Notes: a model not told the origin generated them from the letters alone. A stretch of 64,000 nucleotides of DNA from an uncultured Planctomycetota bacterium (GCA_963823665.1 CAWGMQ010000010.1:896001-960000), one strand, 5' to 3'. Counted from the first letter of the stretch, positions 1 through 9,202 are shown. A program made the numbers and translations.

Positions 1-1637
1 AGGAAAGCACCGTCAGGCCCGACCACCGGCAACACGCCATAATGCTCCCCGTCGAAGCTCGCCACCACCTTGCTCAGTGAATCATTGGCGCGAAGCATCG
101 GAACCGCCGTGCTCGCCTCGAGGAACTGTTTGACCTGCAATCCCGCAAGGATCTCGCGGGCAAACTCTCCCTGGTGAGCCGGTGAAAGCGACCGGCTCGC
201 CACCTGCGAGCGATAGAGCGGCTCCTCGTCCGAAAGCAGAAACGCCAGCGTGCACACCCACAGCGCCGGCAACAGCAGCCGGTAGTCGCCCGTCATCTCA
301 CTCACGATCACCAGCGTCGAAAACGGCGTCTTGGCGGCAGCCGCGAAGAAACCCGCCATCCCCAGGATCACATACGCCCCCGGATGAGGCACCAGCGACG
401 GCCACAGCCAGTGCACGAATACTCCGAGGCTCCCCCCGGCACAGCCGCCAATGACCATCGATGGACCAAAAACACCTCCCGATCCCCCGCTCCCGATCGT
501 CAAGCTCGTCGTCAAGATCTTGCCCGCCGCGATCGCCAGCAGCACCACCGCCGAGAGTGTCGTGCTGTCGTCCAGCCCCTGTTGAAGCACTCCATATCCG
601 AACGAGAGCACCGAAAGGGCGACTTGCTGCCTACCCACCGCGAAGAAAATCGCCAGTCCCACCACCCCGGCAAGCGCAGCGCCTACGGTCGGCTTGAGAG
701 ACTTCGGCATCCGCAACGATTCAAAAAGATGATTCACCGCATAAAACGTGCGAACATAAATCATCGCCAGCACGGCCATCCAGATCGCCAGCAGCGAGTA
801 CGGCAGCAGCTCCCACGCACCTGAGAACTGGAGCGAGCTCGCTGTGGTGAAGAGCGGTCGCCATGGCGTTGTCGTGCCTCCCAGCCACACGGCCAGCACG
901 CCGAACGTGCAATACGAAACCACGCTGGCCAGGCCGGTCGGCAGGATCACCTCCGGCTCAAACTCCGGCGAGCAATACATGATCTCGGCGGCGAACAGCG
1001 TGCCAGCCAGGGGGGCGCGGAAAATCGCGGCGATGCCCGCGCCCATCCCGGCAGCCAGCAAGACTCGCCGCTCCGCCGGCCGTAAGCGCAGCATCCCCCC
1101 CAAGAGCGACCCGAATCCCGCGCCGATCTGTGCAATCGGCCCTTCGCGCCCACCCGAGCCTCCGGTCCCGATCGTGAGCGCACTCGCAATCAGCTTGATC
1201 AGCGGCACCCGCGGTCGAATATACCCTTGATGCTCGTGATACGCCGCGATCGCCGCGTCCGTCCCGTGCCCCTCCGCCTCAGGTGCAAAGCGATAAACCA
1301 GCAAACCGGAAAGCAATCCCCCCACGGCTGGCACGACCAGCAGCAGCCACGGGCTGAACGAACCATGAAGCGTCGGAATCCACGGAAACCGCACTTCGCC
1401 ATCCGGACCCGCGGGTACGTACCCTGCAGCCCCTTCGAGCGCAATCCCGACAACCGCCTGGCCCGCCACCGAGAAGACAATCCCGCCAATCCCCGCGACA
1501 ATGCCCACCAGCACACTCGCCCCGAGCACCCGCCCCTGCGAATGGATTCGCCGCTTCCCGAACTCCAGAAACTCCGGAAACCAGCGAAACGGATGAGAAG
1601 GACGCGAAGTGGAAGATTCCGGTTCAGTCATGTTCAT
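1..1637 (-). CDS. ClC-family chloride channel/H+ antiporter with C-terminal CBS domain (3' end runs off the window)
   Basis: Manual translation from ATG 1637 (or 1631) gives PEAEGHGTDAAIAAYH, IKLIASALTIGTGGSGGREGPIAQIGAG and GIAAIFRAPLAG, then a CBS-like 'LPVVGPDGAF' at the edge. It is absent from the ORF track because there is no stop inside the window. Confidence 0.92.
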   Translation of the reverse strand, partial: MNMTEPESSTSRPSHPFRWFPEFLEFGKRRIHSQGRVLGASVLVGIVAGIGGIVFSVAGQAVVGIALEGAAGYVPAGPDGEVRFPWIPTLHGSFSPWLLLVVPAVGGLLSGLLVYRFAPEAEGHGTDAAIAAYHEHQGYIRPRVPLIKLIASALTIGTGGSGGREGPIAQIGAGFGSLLGGMLRLRPAERRVLLAAGMGAGIAAIFRAPLAGTLFAAEIMYCSPEFEPEVILPTGLASVVSYCTFGVLAVWLGGTTTPWRPLFTTASSLQFSGAWELLPYSLLAIWMAVLAMIYVRTFYAVNHLFESLRMPKSLKPTVGAALAGVVGLAIFFAVGRQQVALSVLSFGYGVLQQGLDDSTTLSAVVLLAIAAGKILTTSLTIGSGGSGGVFGPSMVIGGCAGGSLGVFVHWLWPSLVPHPGAYVILGMAGFFAAAAKTPFSTLVIVSEMTGDYRLLLPALWVCTLAFLLSDEEPLYRSQVASRSLSPAHQGEFAREILAGLQVKQFLEASTAVPMLRANDSLSKVVASFDGEHYGVLPVVGPDGAF

Positions 1638-1867
1638 ACCGTTGCAGCTCCGTCCCACCCGCAGGCGGATCCAGCTCTTGCGGCGCAGTGCGCATCTTCA
1701 AGCTCGATTCCGATGCGCCCGCCTTGCGGCGCGATCTCTCGGCCGGACCGTGCAAGATGTTGCGAAGATACACGCTTTCCCGACGCTTGCCCCCTCGCCG
1801 GCCCAACCAGGAATGCCACCCCGCCAAAGAGCTCCACCGAGCCGGCCCTCGCGCACAACCGCTCCAT
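1634..1867 (-). pseudogene. Degenerate, internally deleted MarR paralog (77 aa, HTH missing), stop overlapping the ClC start (ATGA)
   Basis: MERLCARAG..AFLV..QAS matches MGRSRAKGG..AFLL..HAS, and HLARSGREIAPQGGRIGIELEDAHCAA matches YLTRAGLEILEQISRIGDEHQNAVCAA of the MarR at 3598-4092. The upstream DNA is also homologous. Confidence 0.6.
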
Positions 1868-1881
1868 TAATTAATCCACAA

Positions 1882-1933
1882 AATCATTATTGACTGTAAC
1901 TATTGAGGCCGATAGCATTATCCCAGGGATAAC
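1882..1933 (+). promoter_or_regulatory. Sigma70-type promoter with overlapping inverted repeats (putative MarR operator), copy 1
   Basis: TTGACT(1890-1895)-17 bp-TAGCAT(1913-1918), plus the perfect palindrome TTATCCC-A-GGGATAA at 1918-1932. Homologous to 4107-4160. Confidence 0.7.
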
Positions 1934-1953
1934 CGGTCGCGACAACCCGTTTA

Positions 1954-3171
1954 GTGGTCGGCGCCATGCCCATTGCACCCGAATTAGCCCCGCCATCGTT
2001 CATGATCTCCGGGGGCGGCATCGCCGGACTGACTCTCGCGATTCTGCTCAAGGAGCACGGCTGGAGCCCGATCGTGATCGAGCGCGAGCCCTCCCCGCGC
2101 GCCGCCGGTTACATGATGGATTTTTTCGGAACGGGCTGGGATGTCGCCGAGCGGATGGGTTTGACTGAAGCCCTGCGCGCGATACGTTACCCGATCGACT
2201 CTTTGCAGTACGTCGACGATCGGGGAGTTCCCTTTCTCACGCTCCCGATGGATCGAGTCCGCCGCGCACTCGATGACCGCTATGTCTACCTGCTCCGTTC
2301 CGACCTCGAACGAATTCTCCTCGACCGCGCCCGGCACTCCGGCGTGGAGATCCGCTTCGGATCGTCGATCAGTGCGCTGACCGACGCCGGCGACCATCTC
2401 CAGGTCACCTTCGCGTCCGGCGAGACCGCAAGCGCCGGCGTTGTCATCGGCGCCGATGGCGTCCATTCTCGCGTGCGCGAGCTGGCCTTCGGCCCCGAAT
2501 CATCGTACTCACGCTACCTCGGCTCCTATGTCGCGGCCCTCGAGGCACCACTCGACCCGCAGGTCTCTCGATCGGTCATTCTCCACGAAGAGCCCGGGAC
2601 GATCGCCACCTTTTATCACCTGAATGACCATCACATGGACGCAATGTTGTTGTTCCGCGACGACGATCGCGGATTCGTGCCAGCGGAAGAACGCTTGCCG
2701 CTGCTGCGGCGCCGCTTCGAAAACAGCACGTGGATCACCTCGAAAGTCCTGGCCGGCCTTGCCGAGCACGAGCACACACCTCTGTTCTTCGACTCGCTCA
2801 CCCAGATTGTCATGCCCCACTGGTCGGCAGGCCGAATTTGCTTGATCGGCGATGCCTGCGGCTGCCTGACCCTCGCTGCCGGTCAGGGCTCGCACATGGC
2901 GATGGCCGGCGCCTACGTGCTGGCCACCGAGCTCGGCCGCCATCGCACCGACCATCGCGCGGCGTTCGAGGCCTACGAACGGTTCCTCAAGCCGCACGTC
3001 GACCGCAAACGGGCCGCCGCGGCCCGGCTCGCATCAGGATTCGTACCGGCCGTTCGCTCCAGGATGTGGCTGCGCCGCCTGGTCCTCCGCGCGATGTTCA
3101 GCCGCTTTTTGCTCCCGCTTCTCATTCGAATAGAGGGCGGCCGGAGCGTCCTCCGCGGCTACGGCGACTGA
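1954..3171 (+). CDS. FAD-dependent monooxygenase/oxidoreductase (UbiH/FAD_binding_3-like); start may be ATG 1966
   Basis: GGGIAG Rossmann motif, GADGVHSRVR (DG motif) and LIGDA..LAAGQG (GD motif). Confidence 0.92.
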   Translation: MVGAMPIAPELAPPSFMISGGGIAGLTLAILLKEHGWSPIVIEREPSPRAAGYMMDFFGTGWDVAERMGLTEALRAIRYPIDSLQYVDDRGVPFLTLPMDRVRRALDDRYVYLLRSDLERILLDRARHSGVEIRFGSSISALTDAGDHLQVTFASGETASAGVVIGADGVHSRVRELAFGPESSYSRYLGSYVAALEAPLDPQVSRSVILHEEPGTIATFYHLNDHHMDAMLLFRDDDRGFVPAEERLPLLRRRFENSTWITSKVLAGLAEHEHTPLFFDSLTQIVMPHWSAGRICLIGDACGCLTLAAGQGSHMAMAGAYVLATELGRHRTDHRAAFEAYERFLKPHVDRKRAAAARLASGFVPAVRSRMWLRRLVLRAMFSRFLLPLLIRIEGGRSVLRGYGD

Positions 3172-3224
3172 GCACCCGACCGCTTGTCCAGCCTCCTGAT
3201 CGACCGATTGAAGCCGCTCCCATT

Positions 3225-3251
3225 GTCGCCTTTCGCTCCGCGAAAGTGCGT
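3225..3251. repeat. REP-like hairpin GTCGCCTTTCGCTCCGCGAAAGTGCGT, copy 1
   Basis: Identical 27-mer at 5803-5829; stem CTTTCGC-TCC-GCGAAAG. Confidence 0.8.
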
Positions 3252-3308
3252 TTTTCTCGCTCCCAAGCCCCAGCACGGCAACGCCCCCGCTCTACGCTCC
3301 GCCCATCA

Positions 3309-3582
3309 TCACCGTTTTCCCTCCTCACCGCCAGTTTTGCTCCGCTCGTCAATCAATTGCTGCAACTGAGCTCTCTCCTGCTCGGCTGTGGCCGCCGCCT
3401 GCACGGCTCGAACCGCCGCCGCTTGGGCCAGGTTCTCGATTCGCCTCAGCCAGCGCTCGAGCCTCCCGCTCCCCCATCATCGCCCTTTGCAGCAAAACCC
3501 CCTGGATCACCACCGTGAGAACGAGCGCCACAACGGCGACGATGATCATCAGCGTCCGCAGTCGAAACCGGATTCGTCCCAT
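3309..3582 (-). CDS. Small 'RFRLRTLM' single-TM coiled-coil protein, paralog 1 (frameshift near 3430)
   Basis: MGRIRFRLRTLMIIVAVVALVLTVVIQ. The shifted frame continues LAQAAAVRAVQAAATAEQERAQLQQLIDERSK to TGA at 3309, helical like its paralogs. Confidence 0.7.
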
Positions 3583-3597
3583 CGCCCACTCTCGCCT

Positions 3598-4092
3598 CTA
3601 ACCCTCAGCCAGCTTCCGAAATCCCGGATGAACCCCCGGCACAAGCTTCTGTTCATCCGCAATCCGCCTGAGAAACCCCGCGAGCTGAGCACGCTCGCTT
3701 TGGTTCAATGCAGCGCAGACCGCATTCTGATGCTCGTCCCCGATCCGGCTGATTTGCTCCAGAATCTCTAGTCCGGCCCGCGTAAGATAAAGCGCGTATG
3801 AACGCCTGTCCGCCGGGCTATCCCGCCGCTCGACGAGCCCCCGCTGCTCCAGCTCATCGAGCACCCCCACCAGCCGGCTCGGGAACAACCCCAGCTTCTC
3901 CCCAAGCGCCTGCTGGGAGAGCCCATCAGCCTGCGCAACCACGCGCAAAACTCCCGCATGAGCAGGCTTCAGCCCCAGCGGCTCCAGCCGCTCCGCAAAC
4001 CGCGCAGAGGCATGTGCCCCCACCTGCGAAAGCAAAAACGCCAGCGGCGATTCCGAATCCTCGGGCCCGCCCTTCGCGCGCGATCGCCCCAT
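3598..4092 (-). CDS. MarR-family transcriptional regulator
   Basis: LSQQALGEKLGL..SRLVGVLDELEQRGLVERRDSPADRRSYALYLT winged-HTH signature; divergent from the VOC gene. Confidence 0.95.
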   Translation of the reverse strand: MGRSRAKGGPEDSESPLAFLLSQVGAHASARFAERLEPLGLKPAHAGVLRVVAQADGLSQQALGEKLGLFPSRLVGVLDELEQRGLVERRDSPADRRSYALYLTRAGLEILEQISRIGDEHQNAVCAALNQSERAQLAGFLRRIADEQKLVPGVHPGFRKLAEG

Positions 4093-4106
4093 TCATTACC
4101 CCAAAA

Positions 4107-4160
4107 AATCATTATTGACATTAACGATTCACGCCGATAGTATTATCGCAAGGACAACCG
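4107..4160 (+). promoter_or_regulatory. Sigma70-type promoter with overlapping inverted repeat (putative MarR operator), copy 2
   Basis: TTGACA(4115-4120)-17 bp-TAGTAT(4138-4143). The inverted repeat AATCATTA-N7-TAACGATT straddles the -35 element. Confidence 0.75.
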
Positions 4161-4176
4161 ATCGAGGCAACCCATC

Positions 4177-4260
4177 GTAGGTCAGGCTTCAGCCTGACGA
4201 TTCGTAGTTCACTCTTCAGCCTGAGAATCTAGCAGGTCAGGCTTCACCCTGACGATTGAG
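4177..4260 (+). repeat. Three tandem GTAG-type REP units (GTAGGTCAGGCTTCAGCCTGACGATT, about 28 bp period)
   Basis: Units start at 4177, 4204 and 4232; hairpin TCAGGC-TTCA-GCCTGA. Same family at 17444-17525 and 29373-29393. Confidence 0.8.
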
Positions 4261-4291
4261 CGCCCCCAACCGCTCAAAAGGAGCCCATCCC

Positions 4292-4687
4292 ATGCAACTG
4301 AATCACCTCAACCTGACCGTCCCCGACGTCTCGCAAACCCGCACTTTCTTCGAAGCCCATTTCGGCTTCCGTTGTATCGCCGAGCGGGGTCGCGAGGCCC
4401 TGGCCGTATTGATCAACGAATCCGGATTTGTGCTGACGCTGAACAACTTCGAAAAAGCAAAGGAAGTCGAATACCCCGGCGCCTTCCACATCGGGTTCAT
4501 GCAAGACAGCCGCGAGCGTGTCGACGAGATCTATGGAGAGCTCAAGGCCGCTGGCTTCGACGCCCCGCCGCCCAAAGAATTCCACGGCGCCTGGACTTTC
4601 TACGTCAACGCCCCTGGCGGCTTCCTCGTCGAGGTCGGCCATCAGCACCGCATGGACGCCGCATGGAAGCCCGCCGCCAACGACTAG
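4292..4687 (+). CDS. VOC/glyoxalase/bleomycin-resistance family protein
   Basis: MQLNHLNLTVPDV, FHIGF and FYVNAPGGFLVEV motifs; AGGAG RBS upstream of ATG 4292. Confidence 0.92.
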   Translation: MQLNHLNLTVPDVSQTRTFFEAHFGFRCIAERGREALAVLINESGFVLTLNNFEKAKEVEYPGAFHIGFMQDSRERVDEIYGELKAAGFDAPPPKEFHGAWTFYVNAPGGFLVEVGHQHRMDAAWKPAAND

Positions 4688-4720
4688 ATCAGATCAACGC
4701 GCCCTCGCGGGCCCGACGAA

Positions 4721-4996
4721 TCAACGTGCTTGCTCCTTCTCTGGCGCCCGTTTTGCCTTATCGATCATCCTCTTCATTCGCGTTTCCATTTGATCGATAA
4801 TCTGCTGCGTTGCCAGGTGTTGCTGCATCCGCTCCATCTCGGCCGCTGCCCGCGCACGCTCCGCGTCGGCCCGAAACATCTCCATGCGCACCACCGCCCT
4901 GTTAAGGTAAAACGCCTGAATCAGCACCACCAGAACGAGCGCCACAAACGCGACAACGATCATGAGCGTCCGCAGCCGGAACCGAATTCGTGCCAT
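4721..4996 (-). CDS. Small 'RFRLRTLM' single-TM coiled-coil protein, paralog 2
   Basis: MARIRFRLRTLMIVVAFVALVLVVLIQAFYLNRAVVR; most similar to 5890-6177. Confidence 0.8.
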   Translation of the reverse strand: MARIRFRLRTLMIVVAFVALVLVVLIQAFYLNRAVVRMEMFRADAERARAAAEMERMQQHLATQQIIDQMETRMKRMIDKAKRAPEKEQAR

Positions 4997-5005
4997 GGCA
5001 AGGTC

Positions 5006-5374
5006 TCAACTCTTCCGCGTCGGTCTATCACTTCCCGACGGCGCCCTTTCGCGGCTTCTTCGATCGCCTCTTCGCTCTCGCTCAAGCCCTCCTGGCGCTT
5101 TCTCTTCCTCCGCCTGCTTCCGCCTCGCCTCCTCGCCACCGTGCTTCGCCGCCTGCACCAGCTCGAGCATACGGCGCGCTTCGGCCGCCTGCTTCTCGGC
5201 CCGGGCCAACTGCTGCTCGGCCACCGCGCGCGCACGCTCCGCGTCGGCCCGATACATCTCCATCCGAACGTCTGCCCTCTTGAGGTAAACACCCTGCACG
5301 ACCGTCACCAAGATGAGTGCCGCAAACGCCACGACAATCATCAGCGTCCGCAGCCGGACCCGAATTCGCGCCAT
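5006..5374 (-). CDS. Small 'RVRLRTLM' single-TM coiled-coil protein, paralog 3
   Basis: MARIRVRLRTLMIVVAFAALILVTVVQGVYLKRA; 378-bp tandem duplicate of paralog 4. Confidence 0.8.
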   Translation of the reverse strand: MARIRVRLRTLMIVVAFAALILVTVVQGVYLKRADVRMEMYRADAERARAVAEQQLARAEKQAAEARRMLELVQAAKHGGEEARRKQAEEEKAPGGLERERRGDRRSRERAPSGSDRPTRKS

Positions 5375-5383
5375 CGCCAGTCC

Positions 5384-5750
5384 TCAACTCTTCCCCGTCG
5401 GTCTCACACTTCCCGTCGGCGCCCCTTCGCGGCTTCTTCGATCACCCCTCCGCTCTCGCTCAAGCCCTCCCGGCACTATCTCTTCCTCGATCTGCTTCCG
5501 CTTCGCCAGCTCACCCTCTTCCTTCGCCGCCTGCAGCGTCTCGAACATACGGCGCGATGCGGCTTCCTGTTTCTCGGCCCGGGCCAACTGCTGCTCGGTC
5601 ACCGCGCGCATTCGCCGCTTCGGCCTGTTGCACCTCCATCCGAACCTCTGCCCTCTTGAGGTAAACACCCTGCATCACCACCACCAGGAGCAGCGCCACA
5701 ACCGCCACGATGATCATCAGCGTCCGCAGCCGGACCCGGATTCGCAACAT
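5384..5750 (-). CDS. Small 'RVRLRTLM' single-TM coiled-coil protein, paralog 4 (frameshift near 5605)
   Basis: The N-terminal half (5511-5750 ORF) and C-terminal half (5384-5668 ORF) together align end-to-end with paralog 3. The break lies in a GCGCGC run. Confidence 0.75.
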
Positions 5751-5802
5751 GTCCTTACCTCTCTGTTCCCAAGCTCGCGCCTGAAACTACCGCTCCCCCA
5801 AA

Positions 5803-5829
5803 GTCGCCTTTCGCTCCGCGAAAGTGCGT
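5803..5829. repeat. REP-like hairpin GTCGCCTTTCGCTCCGCGAAAGTGCGT, copy 2
   Basis: Identical to 3225-3251. Confidence 0.8.
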
Positions 5830-5889
5830 CCCTCTCGTTCCCAACATCGCGCACGTGGCCACGCGATCGCTCTTGCTCACAGCGCCCGG

Positions 5890-6177
5890 TCACGGTTCCT
5901 TCTCGCGCTCCTTCTCCCCCCGCGTCACCGCATCGCCTGTCACCATCGCCTCTGCACGCATTTGTTCGATCGTTGCCTGCGCAGCCGCCAGTTGCTGCTC
6001 AGCCCGGAGCCGTTGAATCTCGGCCACCGCCTCCGAGCGCGCGGCTATGGCTCGAAACATCTCCAAACGCACCACCGCCCTGTTAAGGTAAAACGCCTGC
6101 AAAACCACTACCAGGACAAGAGCCACAAACGCCACAACGATCATGAGTGTCCGTATCCGATACCGAATTCTCACCAT
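5890..6177 (-). CDS. Small 'RYRIRTLM' single-TM coiled-coil protein, paralog 5
   Basis: MVRIRYRIRTLMIVVAFVALVLVVVLQAFYLNRAVVR. Confidence 0.8.
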   Translation of the reverse strand: MVRIRYRIRTLMIVVAFVALVLVVVLQAFYLNRAVVRLEMFRAIAARSEAVAEIQRLRAEQQLAAAQATIEQMRAEAMVTGDAVTRGEKEREKEP

Positions 6178-6198
6178 GGCCTGTTGCCCTCGATCTCT

Positions 6199-7319
6199 TC
6201 AGTCTGTCTTACCCCCACCGGCCGAAACCACACACCGAAACCCGACATGGTTCGCCGCACTATCCGGCGCACCCTTGCCCCTGGCCCCCGGCAAATACCG
6301 CGTGCAATACTGATCCGAGCACAAGAACGACCCACCCCGCTGCACTCGTTTGGCAACCCCCGGCTCGTCCGGATCAAAACTCGATGCCGGGCCCGTCGGG
6401 TTCTCGCGCGGCGTCGTCTCGTACCTGGGCCGATACCAGTCCGAGCACCATTCCCACACATTCCCGGCCATGTCCGAAAGGCCTAACCCATTGGGCGGAA
6501 ATTTTCCCACCGGCGCCGTGCGCAAACCCGTCGTCCTTGGTGTTCTGATCCGGAAACCGCCCTTCCCAGATATTCGCCTGCCACTTCCCGCCTGGGAGCA
6601 GCTCCTCACCCCAGACAAACCTCGCGCGCAAGCTTCCCGCGCGAGGCAAACTCCCACTCCGCTTCACTCGGCAGCCGTTTACCTGCCCAGTCTGCATAAG
6701 CCATAGCATCATACCAGCAAATCTGAACGACAGGATGATCGGCCTTCCCTTCAATCGAGCTGCCCGGCCCTTCCGGGTGCCGCCAGTCCGCGCCCGGGAC
6801 ATACCGCCACCACGCGAGTGGATCATCGAGCGAAACCCGTCCCACGGGCGGCGTGAACACGATCGACCCCGGCACAAGCTTGTCTGCGGGTGCCCCCGGA
6901 TAGTCCTTCGCCTCCGGCTTGCGCTCGGCAATGGTGCGGTAGCCCGTCGCCTTCACGAACCGCGCAAACTGCTGATTCGTGACCTCCGTCCGGTCCATCC
7001 AGAACCCGGAAATCACAACTTCGTGCACCGGCTCCGCGTCGGCCATCGACGCGTCGTCTCCACCCATCCAGAACGTACCGCCGGGTATCCACACCATACC
7101 GTCCGGCGCCGGCCGAGGCTGCGTCAACGACCTCACGGTCGCTCGAGCTTGCTCGGAAGACTTCGCGGCCGTCCGTCCCGCCTCTGCCGTTGTCTTTCCA
7201 GCCGTGCTCGCAGTGCTCGCCGTGCGATCACAACCGGCTGAGACCCCAAACGCCAGCATGCCGATGCCGGGCCCGACCACATACAACCGAATCGAGGTTG
7301 ACCCAGCGCGTCGGCCCAT
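6199..7319 (-). CDS. Formylglycine-generating enzyme (FGE/SUMF1 family), probable lipoprotein; frameshifts near 6630 and 6520
   Basis: MVWIPGGTFWMG, TEVTNQQF, HPVV and RLPSEAEWEFA in one frame; ANIWEGRFP in a second; DMAGNVWEW, RGGSFLCSDQYC and NHVGFRC in a third. Lipobox-like SAGC. Confidence 0.9.
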
Positions 7320-7366
7320 CACAGTCTCGCTTCCAGCTCCCAGTCGACCACGTCAAGTTCACTCGC

Positions 7367-9127
7367 TCACTGATCCTGGCGCCTTACCGTCGCATCAAGC
7401 ACCCCCGCGCGCGCCTTGTTCCCCTCGACCCACGCCTCAAGCCGCCCGGCTCCGGCGCTCACTGGCACGTCCTTGAACGTGTACTCGCTCGCGCCAGGTT
7501 CGAGCCGCTGCTGCCGATGAGCTTCGCCCAGCGCCAGATGCAACGTTGTCGGAAACGGCCTCGCCAAGAAATGGAACGTCACGTCGAATCGCCCTGCCCT
7601 CGCCACTTGCACTCGCCAGAATCCCAGGTCGTTGGGGTTCATTCCCGCCAGTGGTCCGCGCCAGTCCTGTCGCGTCAGGATCGAAGGATTCTCACGCGTG
7701 CCCCCCAGCTCGATCGGTGACGGGTCGTATCCGCGCGTGCTCGAGACATCCTGGAACCAGGCGAGGTAGCCCTTGTACATCTTGGAGACAACTTCGCCGT
7801 GGCGGGCTGAGATGTCTTCCAGCTCGAGCGGGTCGTGCTCCATGTCGTACAGCTCAAGCTTCGGCGGCTTGGCACCGGGAATCGGCTCCCGTCGCACCAG
7901 CTTGTACGTTTGAGATCGCGCGGCAAACGAGCGGCCCGGCTCGGGCGTGTCGCCGCGATGCCACTGGAAATAAAGCGTCCGGTCGGGCCACCCCGCCGTC
8001 TGTTTCCCCGTGACGAGAGGCAGCACGCTCTTTCCGTCAAGCTTGACATCCTTTGGCGGCGAGAGGCCGCAGGCATCGAGCAACGTCGGCATCAGATCGA
8101 TGTGCGCGGTGATCTTCTCGACCGCGAGCCCTGCCGGAAAATGGCCAGGCCACCGCAGGTAGCACGGCACGCGAATGCCGCCGTCGTAAACTGACCCCTT
8201 CCAGCCTCGCAGCCCCGCATTGAATCGCACGAAAGCCGGCCCATTATCAGTGAGAAAAACGACAATCGTGTTCGACTCGAGCTTCCGATCCTCGAGTGCC
8301 TTCAGCACTCGGCCGATGTTCTTATCGATATTCGTCACCATCGCATACACCCGCGCCACCTTCTCCTGCGGAGCTTCCCATTCCTTCGGAATGCGCTGGC
8401 CGAGCTGCGGGAATGACGAGAGCGAGAGGTCCATCGCCGTGTACGGCGCCAGTTCGGCGTCCGAGACCTCGAGCGGCTCGTGCGGGCAGTTGAACGCGAG
8501 ATACGCGAAGAACGGCCGGTCGCTCTTCGTCTGAACGAAGTCCATCGCCGCGCCCGCGAAAATGTCGCTGCAATAACCTTTGTGCCGTTCCGCCGCGCCG
8601 TTGTGCTGCAAGATCGGGTCGAAGTAGCTAGTTCCACCCGGAGGGTCAGACGCCTGGCCGATGCCGCCCCCCTTGATCACCAGGGCTTCCTGAAATCCCT
8701 GGTCAATCGCCCGCATCGGTGCGTTGTCTCCCAGGTGCCACTTCCCGAAAATGCCCGTTCGATAGCCGGCCGCGGAGAGCACCTCCGCAAGCGTGACTTC
8801 ATCCGGATACATCAGCGACCGGCCCAGGTACGTGTCAACTACGCCCGTCCGGTAGTTGTATCGCCCGGTGAGCAGGCTCGAGCGCGTGGGTGAGCAGACC
8901 GGAGAAACATAAAAGTTCTTGAGCCGCACGCTCTCCCCGGCAAACCTGTCGAGGTTCGGCGTCTTGATCTTCGGGTTGCCATGAGCCCCCAGGTCGCCAA
9001 ACCCCTGGTCGTCGCTCATGATGATGAGCACATTCGGCCGCTTGTCTGGCGCAGCGGCCGCCGTCTGCACGAGCGCGGCAATCATCAAGGCGCCCGCGAT
9101 CGAAATGGTCCGCCTCGTGCAAGCCAC
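7367..9127 (-). CDS. Cys-type arylsulfatase (likely start GTG 9127; the ORF is open further upstream)
   Basis: RPNVLIIMSDDQG, CSPTRSSLLTGR, GKWHLG and FLTDNG motifs; signal-peptide-like N-terminus and GGGGAG RBS. Confidence 0.93.
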   Translation of the reverse strand: MACTRRTISIAGALMIAALVQTAAAAPDKRPNVLIIMSDDQGFGDLGAHGNPKIKTPNLDRFAGESVRLKNFYVSPVCSPTRSSLLTGRYNYRTGVVDTYLGRSLMYPDEVTLAEVLSAAGYRTGIFGKWHLGDNAPMRAIDQGFQEALVIKGGGIGQASDPPGGTSYFDPILQHNGAAERHKGYCSDIFAGAAMDFVQTKSDRPFFAYLAFNCPHEPLEVSDAELAPYTAMDLSLSSFPQLGQRIPKEWEAPQEKVARVYAMVTNIDKNIGRVLKALEDRKLESNTIVVFLTDNGPAFVRFNAGLRGWKGSVYDGGIRVPCYLRWPGHFPAGLAVEKITAHIDLMPTLLDACGLSPPKDVKLDGKSVLPLVTGKQTAGWPDRTLYFQWHRGDTPEPGRSFAARSQTYKLVRREPIPGAKPPKLELYDMEHDPLELEDISARHGEVVSKMYKGYLAWFQDVSSTRGYDPSPIELGGTRENPSILTRQDWRGPLAGMNPNDLGFWRVQVARAGRFDVTFHFLARPFPTTLHLALGEAHRQQRLEPGASEYTFKDVPVSAGAGRLEAWVEGNKARAGVLDATVRRQDQ

Positions 9128-9166
9128 CGCGAGAACTCCCCGAAATGAATGCCTGACCCTTCTTCT

Positions 9167-9202
9167 CCCTCGCCCCGCTCGCGGGGAGAGGGCCGGGGTG
9201 AG
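9167..9202. repeat. Palindromic intergenic element CCCTCGCCCCGCTCGCGGGGAGAGGGCCGGGGTGAG
   Basis: Near-perfect GC hairpin; reads PLTPALSPRAGRG on the minus strand, a pattern typical of a widespread palindromic repeat. Confidence 0.65.

Noticed and set aside
4721..6177. Paralog array as a diversity-generating retroelement or toxin-immunity cassette
   Set aside because: There is no reverse transcriptase, differences are not adenine-specific, and no toxin gene is adjacent.
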